DNA of 64,000 nt, from positions 40,672,001 to 40,736,000 of the forward strand of contig OX597838.1 in NCBI GenBank assembly GCA_951406725.2, in the 5' to 3' direction. Below the pieces are notes generated by a model. That model was not told the DNA's origin. It saw only the letters and a program-made list of their open reading frames with translations, and ran no database searches. This document shows, piece by piece, positions 1 through 12,759 of this stretch (position 1 is the stretch's first letter; each line of letters opens with the position of its first letter). A program made the translations under genes and the position numbers. Source of the DNA: Octopus vulgaris (lineage: Eukaryota).

Positions 1-338
1 TATATAAAACATACTAAAACTATATAGATATATAAATATAGTAAAAAATATATGGACTTATCACAACTTTAAAAATATATAAATACATAAATATATAAAC
101 ACGTTAAAAATATATCGTATATATATATATGTATGTATGTATGTATATATACTCCGACTTCTAAAATAAAAACGATACCATAGAATTAGAAAGTTAGGAG
201 TTCAGAAAAAAGCTAATATATAAACGGTTTGAGTATATATAAAAGTCCAACGGCAGTTTCTAGGGGTCCAGTTGTCTAGGATAAAGGATATTTAAATCCA
301 TTATTAGACACCTCCTCCTTTTTTTTTTTTTTGTTATT

Positions 339-830
339 TTGGATTTTACATTTAACTTAAGTACTAATTTATACTATGCATTTCCCAAACCCAACCAAAC
401 CTTGCAATATATAAATGTCCTTTCGATAGGAATCTCTAATTTATCAGCTAATGAGGAACTATTTAACGTTCACACCGCTTATTATAATCAAGCTCTACAA
501 TTAAGGGGTTTCCGTGAAACAATATTCTAAGCCTACGATACTAAACTGAAAACTAAAATAGCAAATCTTTTCCCCGACTCTAATCCTGTCTCTATAGGCA
601 CGACCTCCACTTCAAATCAAACAAACCCATTAAAAAACCACCTTTAAATTGTACTCGCCTACGCCTTGGGCCACCCAGAACTTCTAAATCTTCTGCTCCT
701 GACCAATCCAATATAGCCACATATTCTAAGTCTAGAAAACGGGAAATCCTATGGTTTGCAGCGCCCTTCTCAATCCATGTTAAATCTTTAAGGTATTTTT
801 TTTAAATTCTGAAATAAAATTTTCCGCAAC
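339..830 (+). pseudogene. Degenerate Naiad-type Penelope-like RT fragment (thumb and downstream region)
   Basis: DFTFNLSTNLYYAFPKPNQTLQYINVLS...ISNLSANEELFNVHTAYYNQALQLRGF aligns by eye to FLDVTLNLNSNSYCPYHKPSTNLKYVSVFS...LSGLSASADIFMQKAEFYNAALSKAGY of ORF 20398..22275. RKREILWFAAPF near 735-770 matches RNKHIWFVIPF. Stops and deletions are present. Confidence 0.75.
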
Positions 831-934
831 TTCTTTTACTTGTTTCAGTCATTTGATTGCGGCCAGGCTGGAGCACCGACTTTAGTCGAACAAACCGACC
901 CTAGAGGTTACACATACAAACACACACATATACA

Positions 935-1306
935 ATTGAAATTGGAGTCAACTAGGAGTACGGTCGGACAGTTACTTTTTAATCGCTACAATTGTTTCCA
1001 CACAACCTAATTCTCCAAAAATGCAGGTATTTGATTATACAACTATTTGTTTTCATAATGAGATCTAGTTGTCTCTTCAGGTAATATTCCCATCCGTCCA
1101 TCTTGGTTTGAATTTTGTAGTACTGCTAAACAAAACGGACAAGCCAAGACGGACGGAGGGGATGGCCTTGAAGTTGAAAATTTTTAACTAACGGAGGCAA
1201 CATTTGAATATCACCGCTTTTGGAGAACTACGTTGTGTAGAAACAATTGTAGTGATTAGAAAATAACTGTCCCAGCGTACTCCTTGTTGATTCCAATTTC
1301 TTCAAT
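935..1306. mobile_element. Fold-back (palindromic) PLE pLTR relic
   Basis: 935-1035 is an imperfect reverse complement of about 1206-1306. An inner inverted pair lies at about 1093-1108 and 1142-1157. Both arms carry GAAACAATTGTA hammerhead 3' halves. Confidence 0.65.
982..1085 (-). ncRNA. Type I hammerhead ribozyme, partly degenerate
   Basis: Minus strand: ATTAC-CTGAAGA-gACAAC...GTTGTgtg-GAAA-CAATTG-TA-GCGAT. Stem I has one mismatch, but the mirror copy at 1252-1256 (GTGAT) pairs fully. Confidence 0.6.
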
Positions 1307-1471
1307 TTTATATTCACACACGACGAGTGCCCAAACGTAAACTTGGGAGTATAAAATAATGCTACCCGATAGTATTGGGTAATTCTGAGGGTGGACTAGT
1401 TTTATACTGTACTCTGCTACGTTCCTAACGGGATATACCATAACTATGAGAGAGAGAGGGAGAGGGAGATA

Positions 1472-1875
1472 CCTGTATAGGGTACAGTTGTACTTGAGAG
1501 CACAAAGGTTATGCCTGTATGCTGAAAGAAGACGCCGAATACGTCCTGCCACGTCAAATATTCACTCCACAGTTATGCAGGTTGTAAGCGGGAATATTTA
1601 TATGTACTCACAAATATATGTATGTATAGATATTTTCACTTACTTCACCCAGTGTGTTTTGCTGATGAAAGAAAATTTAGTAAACTAATTCAGAACTCGA
1701 TCAATCCAAAACTAACTGAATTGTTTTATGAATGTTTAGCCAGCCTGCTTTGCCGCTTACAACCTGTGTAATTGTGGAGTGAATATTTGAGGTGGTAACA
1801 CGTATTCAGCGTGTTCTTTCAGCATTTGGGCAGAATATGCTTTTGTGCCCTTAACTATAATTGTACCCCGTACAG
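1472..1875. mobile_element. Fold-back repeat, probable PLE pLTR relic
   Basis: About 1472-1591 is an imperfect inverted repeat of about 1753-1875. The spacer has a decayed hammerhead-like CTGATGA (1662-1668)...GAACTCGATC (1693-1702). Confidence 0.55.
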
Positions 1876-1984
1876 TTATATGTATTTTACCTAAAAGGAT
1901 TTTCTGTGCTTGACACAGATAAAATTCGTTAATTTTAATGATTTTATCCTCTAATTATGTTGTGTGTGTGTGTGTGTGTGTGTA

Positions 1985-2027
<43 letters not shown>

Positions 2028-2479
2028 ATGTTTAGATTGAGGGGCATCTTCTACATATCTGGTAAGGTATAAAAGAACAGATTGACAAAGTGATTTGAGA
2101 AGCATAATAGAATGAAGAGAAATATGGTGACCTCGTTCAGTAGGGATGGATTAAAAGGCAGAATTTGAACAATATTATCAGGTACCACGGCCAGAGGATG
2201 CTCCTGCAATTAAAGATAATAGCACCGTAACTAACTGGGCCGCTTACAAAAGCTTCCTTATATTATGCTTTTCTTGCCATCTTACCGACAGAGAGCTATG
2301 GATAAGGATTGTGTTCACTGTGTGATGCTGAATTTCTTTTTATGTTTAAGATAAAATAGTGAGGAGATTAAAAAAGACCTATGGAAGTTTAACGAAAGTC
2401 CTGGAATATTTATGTGGGCACCGTTTCAGAACTTCCTTCCGTTTTCTAATAGTATTAACCTTATTGCATAACATCTCTG

Positions 2480-3022
2480 GTACTTCGACTGGGCATACAC
2501 ACACCTTCTTCCATACACGGGAGATTGTGTAAGAAGTATGGTCTTGAAAGGACATTGAAATGGTACGAGCATTAAACCAGAAGACGTCACTGAGAACAAT
2601 GAGGATAAGATTTTATGGGACTCTGTGTGACTCAGTGATTGATGCTCGGAAACTAGAAATTGTTGTAGGGGATAAGAGGAAGCGGGAAATGAAGATCATA
2701 AACATTGGCATTCATGGGGATGTACGAGTGGGTGACAAAGTAGAAGCTAATATAGTTGTAGGGGCACTTGGGAGCATTAACAACCAGGTATGAGAAATTT
2801 GGAGAAATTGGGAATGACACGCGGGTAGAATATACTCAGAGATCTGTTTTGTTGCGGGAAGCGAGGGTCTTAAGATTGGGGGTTGGGTGTTAAGTATCGC
2901 GGAAAGTGATTCTGTGAGACATTTGACAACAGGTTGCTATCCGCTTTTACAGAGTTAACCGAGCATGGGAGATCGAGAACTCTGGGAAGTCGAGTGATGG
3001 TAATGACAACAACAATAATAAT
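2480..3022 (+). mobile_element. Degenerate R4/Dong-clade LINE 3' fragment (restriction-like endonuclease region)
   Basis: Frameshifted translation WYEH-PEDVTENNEDKILWD...CDSVIDARKLEIVVGDKRKREMKIINIGI...IVVGALG is typical of the R4/Dong RLE domain. It ends at a short (AAT)n near 3013-3022. Confidence 0.7.
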
Positions 3023-3401
3023 AAAGAAGAAAAGAAAACAAATTCATAAAAAAAACTCGTTATTCATAATACCGTCAAATCTAGTAAAATATAACAATAA
3101 GATATGAAAGACAAGAGAATGAAATATAAATTGAAATATATTGGAAATATATATGCAACACCTGCGGTGAGAGAAATAATGTATTATGTTAATTTATTCA
3201 TGGACAGAGAATGTAGTAAAGCAATATGTATTCATAAACTACGAAAAACTAAAACGACTACCCCGAAAACAGAGTTTTACAACATTGTCCACCAAAACAT
3301 TCCAGTGTTGAGGCAAGAGTCAAGAATGGAACAAGCACACGAAATAGTCAAAGACTATTAAAGACTAAATCACATTTCACAATATATAATACATGTATAT
3401 G

Positions 3402-3641
3402 AATTAGAGAAGAACCACCATGTAGCAATTCAACAATGATATACTTAAATCATACCATATAAAAAAAAGTGAAAAATACGATAAAACATTTACCTAAAAC
3501 TAAATACAGTACGAAATAATATATAAATAGCATATAATTAGTACTTTATTTAGTTCTTGGTAAATGTTTTATCGTATCTTTAATTTTTTCTATATGGTAT
3601 GAGTTAAGTTGAATTGCTACATGGTGGTTCTTCTCTAATTT
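3402..3641. repeat. Fold-back inverted repeat abutting (TA)n
   Basis: 3402-3512 versus 3541-3641, for example aattagagaagaaccaccatgtagcaattcaac / gttgaattgctacatggtggttcttctctaatt. Confidence 0.75.
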
Positions 3642-3679
3642 ATATATATATATATATATATATATATGGTGAACTGTAT

Positions 3680-4170
3680 ATGGCTGTGTGGTGAACAAGT
3701 TCGCCATGCAACGATTTGGTTTTCGGTTCACTCCAACAGCACAGTACCTTGGGCAGGTTCCTTCTACTATCTCCCTTGAATGACCAATGCTTTGAGAGTG
3801 AATTTGCTAGACGGAAACTGTGTTGAAGCCCGTTGTATGTATGTGTGTATGCATGTATATGTACATACATGCATACATACGACATGGCCACAACCTTAGG
3901 ATTAAAACATAAGTAAGTATATATATATACACATACATACATGAATACATACGTACACACGTATGTATTTCTGTGTGTGTCAGTCTTTATGTTTGCTTGA
4001 CAACAAGAGTTGGTTTGTTTATGTCCCGGTAACCTGGTTGTGCGGGGAAGGAGAAAGATAGAATAAAAACTAGGCTTATAAGCGCTGGGTTTGATTTGTT
4101 CGACTGAACCCCTTCAAGGCTATGCTCCAGCATGGCCACGATCTAAAGAGGGTACCAGGTAAAGGACAAA
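3680..4170 (+). mobile_element. tRNA-derived SINE, family A (diverged)
   Basis: tggctgtgtgg...ccttgggcagg...tagacggaaactg...[microsatellite]...ttgacaac...gctccagcatggcc, same layout as 25337-25748. Confidence 0.75.
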
Positions 4171-4281
4171 AGATATATTTAACCATATGCATATGTAATT
4201 AGATGTGTATGTAGATTCTAATATATATTGCTATGCACACAAACCCATACAGACAACCATACACGCCTATCTCTCTCTCTC

Positions 4282-4316
<35 letters not shown>

Positions 4317-4382
4317 CTTTTGTGTGATAGCTAAATACATACATACATACATATATACATATATACATATATATATATATAC

Positions 4383-4454
<72 letters not shown>

Positions 4455-5013
4455 ATATATACATATTACCGAACACACACATACTCACTCAATGTATGTG
4501 CATTGCTTGTTCGCCGGTCGGCTGCGTCTTGATTCAGTGGAGATGACTCACTCAATGCGCGGAAAAACACCAGAAATTCATAGTCATAGAGAGGTGAGAC
4601 AACCCCCTTCAAGTTCCCTTCAGGAGCTATGGACATCAATGTTTCGCCATGTTTGTAGCTTATCAACATGACGTACTCCAACTGAACCGGATGCTGATTT
4701 AACCCTAGCCTGTTCATCATTATATGTAAAATGATGTAAAAACTCGAAGGTCGCTTCAAGACTAGCTGGTGGACATACCCTGATCGAAACTGCACAGAAA
4801 ATTATGCCCGGTCGCATGTGTATCTACCCGAACGCTGCGCAGTGGGAACACACGTAGGTCAAAATAATCTTTAAAACATGCAAAATGTAATTGAAAAATA
4901 AAAGGAAATAAATTTTGAGGGTGAACAAGTCTCCATATTCTATATAGTTATAATTATTACTAAAAGATATGTATAGGCACAAGCGTGGCTGTATGGTAAG
5001 AAGCTTGCTTCCC

Positions 5014-7000
5014 CTGCGCATGTGCGAATAATTGTAGTGTTCGGCACCAAAGCGGTGAGACATGCTTTTGAAGCCGTCTCGAATTGAAAAATTTTGAAGC
5101 TCCATTGTAAGGTAAGATTCTGTTTTTTGGGTACAGTAGGAAATTTTGTTGAGAATTGTTTTTGTAGAAGCAGGAAGTCCAACTGGATTCAGAATTCTGG
5201 TTCTGCTGACATGGGGCAAATAATTTTTTCTCGCTGAATTGTGAGAATTTTTGTTTGGGGGCGTATTCGTCTTCGGTTTATGTTGAGTGAATATTTTTCT
5301 CACTTAATTATGAGAATTATTGCTTGTATTGTGCCTTTTGAAGAACTTTAAAATAATTGTGAGAACTGCTGTTTGGGGGAGTGTCTTTGCCTCCGAAGAT
5401 TGAACAATTTGTATATCAATTTTTGTGGAAGTTGTGTTCCAGTTGTGGCGTTCCGGGTTCAACCTAGGCCGGGAGTACCGAATGGCCGGAAGAATTTTTT
5501 GCTGTGTTCCTGAACCATTGACTTTCTTCTAAACTTTATTTGACTTTCTCCTTTTTGTTTATTGTGACTTTCTTTTGATTTCTTTTTTCTTCTCGTTTTA
5601 GTTTGAACATAGTTTCAAAAAAAAAAAGAAAAAAAAGGGAAACATGGCAATGAAAAAAGACAAAGTTTTGGAGTGGGAGATCATACCGCCTAAAAAGTGG
5701 TTGAAAGACCGTGAAGATAGGACGGTGGTGTTGAAAACCTACTCCAAGTCACTCGACACCATCGCCCTATTCGAAAAGATGGCAACTGAAAAGGAGTTGT
5801 GCTATTTGATACCCCTGAAATGGCTTACAAATTTGCTAGTCAACCCTTGGAGGGTGAGGAAATTTTGTTTCTTCCCACGTATTGAGGGAGGAGGTTGACG
5901 AAAGCTTGGGTCTGCAGGTTGCCACCCGGGATAAAACCCGAGTGGATAGGGGAGACTATCCGCCGGGGTCTGGGTGGCAGCGGGACCAAGCTTCTTAATA
6001 TGAAAGTTCTTCCTGCGGCTGATTGGGTTGGCTCAAAAGCTGTTTTGACCCTTTGGACCCAATTAGCCAATCTGGTTTTTCCAGATTTTTTTTAAATGGC
6101 CGGGTGCAGGTACCCGGTGATATTTGAGGGTCGCCCCCACCCCACCCCAGGTGTCATCGGTGCCTGGAGTCCGGCCATATAAAGAAAAACTGTTCCCGGG
6201 AACAAAATAGAAGAGGGAATGAAAGCGGCCGAGGAAGCGGAGGACTCCTCAAACAGGGGGCGAAAGAGGAAGAAGGTGAGCAACAATGGGTGTTCACTGA
6301 AGGATCCTAGGGATGAGGAGGGGAAGGCGAATCTCCCGGTTACGGAGGAGATGCACCCTCCTTTTAGTTGAAAAGAAAAAAAAGAGGAAGAGGAAGAGAA
6401 ACGGGACATTGCCGGCAGTTGGTGACCTAGTACCGGAATGTCCTGGAACTACGTCGGTTGGGGTTGTGCCGCCAACGGAAGAATTGGATATCCTGCTCCC
6501 GGAGGAAGACGAAGTATTGATCTTCTTCTATAGAGGGGGAGAGATTGAAAAAGTGATGGAAAAGCACCATAAGGGATCAACTTTAGCCTTTACACAGAAC
6601 CCCGAATGGTCTCCGCAGATAGCTGTGGAGGCCATAACGTTTGACGTGACGTTTGGGCTGAAGGGGCTCAATGAGGAATATCGCTTGTACCCGGGCAACG
6701 CTGACACGGAACTCGATTCGATTTTGAAAGAGGCGTGGAGGATGGCAGAGGATGCGGGCACAAGTTATGTTGAGGGTGAGTTATAAATTGTGGCACTGTG
6801 TGACACAAACATTTGATAATAGGCACTTCGCCTTCTTTCTGAACTCCCGGCTGTCAACGTGGTCTGCTCTGCAGAGGCGGCTAGATATTCGGCTGGGGAT
6901 CCGGAAAGAGGAGGAATGGAAAAGTGATAATGTATTTTTTATGTTTGACTTTTTGATTTTTATGTAAGTGTAAGGTCTCCATGGCGAATTTGATAAAATA
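5014..7000 (+). mobile_element. ORF1-only non-autonomous LINE (HAL1-like, L1/Tx1-type ORF1)
   Basis: Flanked by a perfect 16-bp duplication AAGAAGCTTGCTTCCC (4998-5013 and 7001-7016). The roughly 630-bp 5' UTR has imperfect tandem repeats. The ORF1 is frameshifted, the 3' end is AATAAA-like, and I see no RT or APE motifs. Confidence 0.7.
5644..6786 (+). pseudogene. Frameshifted gag-like ORF1 with CCHC zinc knuckle
   Basis: Joining ORFs 5644.., 5895.. and 6313.. gives TKAWVCRLPPGIKPEWI (RRM-like), then YPVIFEGRP, then CHRCLESGHIKKNC (CX2CX4HX4C, 6152-6193), then a basic linker. This order is typical of L1/Tx1 ORF1. Confidence 0.75.
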
Positions 7001-7016
7001 AAGAAGCTTGCTTCCC

Positions 7017-7505
7017 GGAGGGAGGAGCCCATGCCCTGGACAGGGGACGAGGAGTGGCCTTCGCAGGTGACTACGAAGATCATATCGGATGTCGCTATAG
7101 TCAGGGTAATGAACACCTTCTCAAAGGACATGTTTAGATACGCCTTCAGGGGCCTCGACCTAGAGCTGGTGCATTGCCAAAGGGAAGCGTAAGCCAGATC
7201 TGGGAGGTGGGGCTTTGTGTATTGTATTTATATATATTATATGTAATTATTGAACTATGTTGTTTGTAATGGACTGTTAAGTCCAAAAATTGAAAAGTTG
7301 TAAAAGTTGTAAGAGGTTCAATACCTCGTTTTGTGTTTGGTTTTAAAGAACAATGTTTTAGAGAAGCAAAAGTCGGCGGACTCTTTTTGTCTTCTCCCAT
7401 CCTTATCATTTTTCTTTCATTATCATTAATTTCATTAATGTCCATGTCCAGCCCGCAAAGCTACTTTACTCTATGTACTGCCTTTATGGCAAATGTAATG
7501 AAATA
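7017..7505 (+). mobile_element. Second, 5'-truncated ORF1-only-type insertion at the same target
   Basis: Lies between target copies 7001-7016 and 7506-7521 and ends in AATGAAATAAA. Its translation PWTGDEEWPSQVTTKIIS weakly resembles AFTQNPEWSPQIAVEAIT of the upstream element. Confidence 0.6.
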
Positions 7506-7784
7506 AAGAAGCTTTCTTCCCAACTACATGGTTTCAGGTTCAGTCCCACTGCGTGGTACGTTGGGCAAGTGTCTTCTACTATAGCCGCGGGCCGACCGAA
7601 GCCTTGTGAGTGGATTTGGTAGACGGAAACTGAAAGAAGCCCGTCATGTATATATATGTATATATATGTATTTATGTGAGTGTGTCTGTGTTCGTGCCCC
7701 ACCATCGCTTGACAACCGATGCTGGTGTGTTTACAACCCCGGACTTTAGCGGCTCGGCAAAATTTGAATCTAAATTTTGCTGAA

Positions 7785-7834
<50 letters not shown>

Positions 7835-9236
7835 TATTTATATATTTTTATTCTATCTTGCACATTTGTTAAAATTCCATCTCTGATCAGAGTCATGTTT
7901 GCATATTGAATAACTAGGTCTGTTGTTTCTCCACATTACATATTTATATCATTCGTCTCAAGTTACTCGTGAGCTCTTCTAAGTCCAAACCTCTACATTC
8001 TGAGAGAATTTCTAATCAATCGTCTTCCTCAAAACTATTATACACACACATATATGTGTATATATATATATATATAATCTCCCCCTTTATCTGTACATAT
8101 ATACTTACACATATGAACATTTATATGAACATGTATAAGTATATTTACATATACTTATATATGCGTATGTATACAATCTATATACATACACACACTAACA
8201 CACACACACACACACGCTCATACCTATCTATATTTTACACCGAAGTACGTATATGTTGTCCAAATATTATTCATACTGTTATGGATTCTTCAATTCATCC
8301 GAAATATAAAGCTTCACCTCTTACGATGAGAACTCTGCTAACATTCTTTACACTCAACCAGAAAAATCACCCTTTCTTTCACGTCTTTTCTTGTTTTTAT
8401 TCTTTTTAATTTCCTCTTTCAATCTCAAATCGTGTCATAAGTTGGTTTTTTTTCTGTAGATCGATTCCTTTACTGATAAATTCGAAAACGTGCTTTTGAA
8501 AAGCATAAACATGTTTGAAGATTACTCGTGCCAGGAAAATTCTTGAACCTTGGCTTTCCATTGATATATTTCCCTTTATCGCAATCTATATCAGTTTTGC
8601 ATGCTTAATGTATCACCGTTAATGTATTGGACAGCTTTGTGCACCGCATATTTTCTATGTTGCTCGCTCACTTCTTAGCTAGATTCCACTTGGCTCTGAT
8701 ACAATCTTTGTGTTTGTTATCGTTTTACTTCCGTATTAATAGCTGGCTTCGGTATTGGGCGTATCGCAGTATTTGTCCAGCCTAACTTCAAATTTACTAA
8801 TTGTAACAAACATGCACCAATATCGCCCATGTTTTGTGATGTATTTCGCCGTTGTTAACCAACCTGACCTAAGTACAGACATCTCCAGAAATTCCGCAGC
8901 GCCTAGATTTTCCGACAAGTTACCACGATAGGCGTCGACTTTTTAAACACTAAAAGTTAACAAAACGTTCCCTATTTATGACGATCTCCTGCTGCTTAAA
9001 ACAAGGAGTCCAACACCCGGATATGTATTTGACCCGAGAAGGTTTGAATTGACTTACAAGCAACACGGAGACCTAGATTAGTATATGAACTGGTGGCTCT
9101 TCAGTTGACTTTCAGATAATATATCTACCTGACCAAATATCGATTATTTCGATCAAAATTTGTTAGAAAATAAGAAAAGGTGGTCAAGAGACTTCATGTC
9201 TTATTAATAAGGTTACTCAATCCTTGTAATAGCAAA

Positions 9237-9284
<48 letters not shown>

Positions 9285-10480
9285 ATACATATGAAGCCGG
9301 GTATAAAGTTTAATACCATAAATCTTGAGAAAACGATTGATGTTTTTCAGCGACCAGACACGTTACTTTGTCTCGCTTTCCAAATGAGATTGATCGCTTC
9401 CTGCGGCGCTGGTATTTGTCTGGTACGAATAACGTTTAACATTTCTAAGATGTTAATCAAAGAATACGCGTCTCGGAATATCATAGCAATTTTCTTTTAG
9501 TTCATAATTATACCAAAGACATGACATACACGCAAAATGAGCATAAAGAACTTTGCATATTTGTTTTCAAACATACATGCAAACAACCCCCAAACGTGTG
9601 TCTGTGTGTGCGCGCGTCTGTATGTGTGTGTGCGTGCGTGTCTGTGTGTGTATGTTTATGGAGGTAACTCGTTAATTATTTCTAATGCACTTTTTCCTAA
9701 ACATTCTTCTCTGATGTTAGCGGCGTGCGCATTACCTGACGTTGTCCCACTGTAATCCTTTTTGTCACATGCCTAGACATGATCTCCCCCTAATCACTAC
9801 GTCATAGAATGGGGGAGGAGTAAGTTGTGTGTGTGTGTGTGTGTGTGTATGTGTGTGTGTGTGTGTTGTGAGTGAGTGTGAGTGCGTGCGCCTGCAAGTG
9901 TACGTCATTATTTCTAAAGCACTTGTAATATTTTTTCCCCATTTGGCAGGAAATTAGCTGCGCACGCATCATGTGGTAGCCACTACGTCACGCATTGCCT
10001 TCCTGTTGTGTCACGTAACCTGCCGTTAATCATTCTATTGGAAGTGGAAACTTGAGATGTCAATGAATTGATCGTTGTTATTACTGTAACGGAGAGTATC
10101 TCCTGACTTCTCTTCGTTGCAAACCAAACAGGTCGCTGAATAAAGTGTTTTCTTTGAACTGATGGAGTCTCAGAAGCCGACATTTATGAAATGCTTTCAG
10201 CACAAGTTCCACCGTTACAGACTCTCGTCGAATGTAGAGAAAAACGCTAAAACGGTTACACACATTATATAGATAAGGAAGGAGCTGAATGTCTAAGAAT
10301 TTCTTGTGGTGACGATGGCACTGAACGAACAAGATTCTGGAGAAGTGATGCCATGTTGTCTACAAAGTGGTGAGAATTTGCAAGTTATTCCTCGTCCTCT
10401 TAATCTTCAACAGTAAATATAAACACACACACACTCGCGCATATATATATATATATGTGTGTATGTGTATATATATATAT

Positions 10481-10560
10481 TAAATTAGAGATAAAACCAC
10501 TATTTAATCCTAAATCTAATTTTTCCCTGTAAGTTTGGATTTACTCCCTAATATTATTAT

Positions 10561-10562
<2 letters not shown>
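10481..10562 (+). mobile_element. About 80-bp termini-only derivative of the 15481-15762 pLTR family
   Basis: attagagataaaaccactattt matches 15488-15509 and is fused to aatcctaaatctaatttttccctgtaagtttggatttactccctaatatt, which matches 15705-15755. Flanked by (TA)n. Confidence 0.7.
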
Positions 10563-10607
<45 letters not shown>

Positions 10608-11204
10608 ATACATACATGTTTACAGACACATTTGCATAAAGTGATAGGTGAAGCTTGTTATTGGTAAGCTTGCTTTAAAATAACAACCTTCTTCTAACAC
10701 AAATACGCACACACATACAGATACACACACACATACAGTAAAGCGTTCACACAAATTCACATGCGGATGGATGGATGGGTGGATGGATGGAGAGAGAGGG
10801 GGAGAATGACAGAGAGAGAGAGAGAGAGAGAGAGATTAGGACATAGTTTATCTTTATTTGTATCCTGAACTGGAATGGTCGCAGAATGGAATAGCCGGTG
10901 CCACTTATTAACTGACTAATTAAATATCATCAAAAGAAGAAGAAGAAGAAAAAAAACAGCCCCGAGAGCCAGTTGGTAAGATTTGCGGATAGTGAAAATA
11001 TAGCGTCATGTTAAATAATACTGTTTTGTTTAAGCTGTTCAATTAAAAAAAAAAGGGAAGCGCAGTAGCTGCATCTCTCAACGGTTTGAAGACATCAGCC
11101 ACACGAAACTGAAAGCTATTTTATCTGCATCTCACTGCTTCTCGTTTGTTGGTTTTTGCGAGTTTGACTGATTTAAATAATAATGATGTTATTTGTTTCT
11201 TAGC

Positions 11205-11787
11205 AGTAATAGTGGTGGTGGTGGTGGTGGTGATAGTAGGGGTGGTGGCGGCGATGGGGAAATAATGGTGGTTGTGGTAGCGATGGTGGTGATGGGGGGG
11301 TATGGGTGGTGGTGGTGGTGGTGGTGGTGGTGGTAGGGCGTGTCGGCGGTGGGGAAATAATGGTGGTTGTGGTAGCGATGGTGGTGATGGGGGTGGGGTG
11401 GTAGGGGTGGGGTGGGGTAGGGGTGATGTCGGCGGTGGGGAAATAATGGTGGTTGTGGTAGCGATGGTGGTGATGGGGGTGGGGTGGGGTGGTATGGGTG
11501 GTGGGGGGGGGGGGGGGGGGGTATGGGGTGGTGGCGGCGGTGGGGAAATAATGGCGGTTGTGGTAGCGATGGTGGTGATGGGGGTGGTTGATATTTTGGT
11601 GGTGGTGGTGGTGGTGGTGGTGGTAGTGGTGGTTGGGGTGGTGGTGGTGGTGGTGGTGGTAGAGGTGGTGGTGGTGGTAGGGGTGGTGGTGGTGGTAGGG
11701 GTGGTGGCGGCGGTGGGGAAATAATGGCGGTTGTGGTAGCGATGGTGGTGATGGGGGTGGTTGATGTTGTGGTGGTGATGGTGGTGG
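11205..11787. repeat. G-rich compound minisatellite in a (GGT)n background
   Basis: Five copies of about ggcggcggtggggaaataatggYggttgtggtagcgatggtggtgatggggg separated by (GGT)n or G runs. Confidence 0.9.
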
Positions 11788-12194
11788 CTTAAGCCAAGTC
11801 GACGTATGATGAAAAAAAGTTCTGTCTTGGAACATCCCGTCTGATTAATGTTATTTTGGCCCAAACCATCCAACGCAGAGGAACCCAATCTGTAGTTTCC
11901 GCACAACTTGACACGAAGAAAGATGGCATCGTATTCATTATAGCATTCTAAGTCCTATTTGTTGCTTTCAAAAGAGAGTTGTATAAGCACCTGTTGTCAT
12001 ATCGCAATTTTCTATTTAATCGACATGAGGCAAACTGGAGTTGATGCATTGATGAATACAATTTATTGATCAGTTATCGAATCATCTGCATTTTCTATGC
12101 AAACCTGCGTTTTACCACGATCATATGAATGGTCCCACTACCCGAGATATATGTGTGTGTGTGTGTGCGTGGGTTTGTACAATATATTCTCATT

Positions 12195-12384
12195 TTCTCT
12201 TTTACTTGTTTCAGTCATTTGACTAAGGCCATGCTGGAGCACCGCCTTTAGTCGAGGAAATCGACCCCAGGACTTATTCTATCGGTCTCTTTTGCCGAAC
12301 CGCTAAGTTACGGGGATGTAAATACACCAGCATCGGTTGTCAAGCGATGTTGAGGGGGGGGGGACAAACACAATACACACACAT

Positions 12385-12441
<57 letters not shown>

Positions 12442-12610
12442 TACCACGGGCTTCTTTCAGTTTCCGTCAACCAAATCCACTCACAAGGTTTTGGTTGGGC
12501 CGAGGCTATCGTAGAAGACACTTGCCCAAGGTGTCACGCAGTGGGACTGAACCCGGAACCATGTGGTTCGTTAGCAAGCTTGTTACCACACAACCACTCC
12601 TGCGCCTATA
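12195..12610 (-). mobile_element. SINE family A
   Basis: Reverse complement of the family A layout: ttttacttgtttcagtcatttgact...ccactcctgcgcc. Confidence 0.9.
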
Positions 12611-12759
12611 CATATATACCTTTAAATGTTACGGAATTATGACTAAAGAACGTTGTTTTCATTCCACATCGGATGTCATACATATGAGTATCAGGATTCA
12701 ATTCTTTTTTGTCAATCAAAACTCTTGGCTTCGCCCGGATGCACAGGAAGGACTGTAGA

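Larger units (their letters stand above)
4976..7760 (+). mobile_element. SINE family A split by a 2.5-kb insertion
   Basis: The head ggcacaagcgtggctgtatggtaagaagcttgcttccc (4976-5013) resumes at 7506 as aagaagctttcttcccaactacatggtttcaggttcagtcccactgcg and runs to the cggctcggcaaaa region. Confidence 0.85.

Noticed and set aside
11121-11906. Mucin/extensin-like 261-aa and His-rich 211-aa ORFs
   Set aside because: Both are frames of the (GGT)n minisatellite; no splice or domain support.
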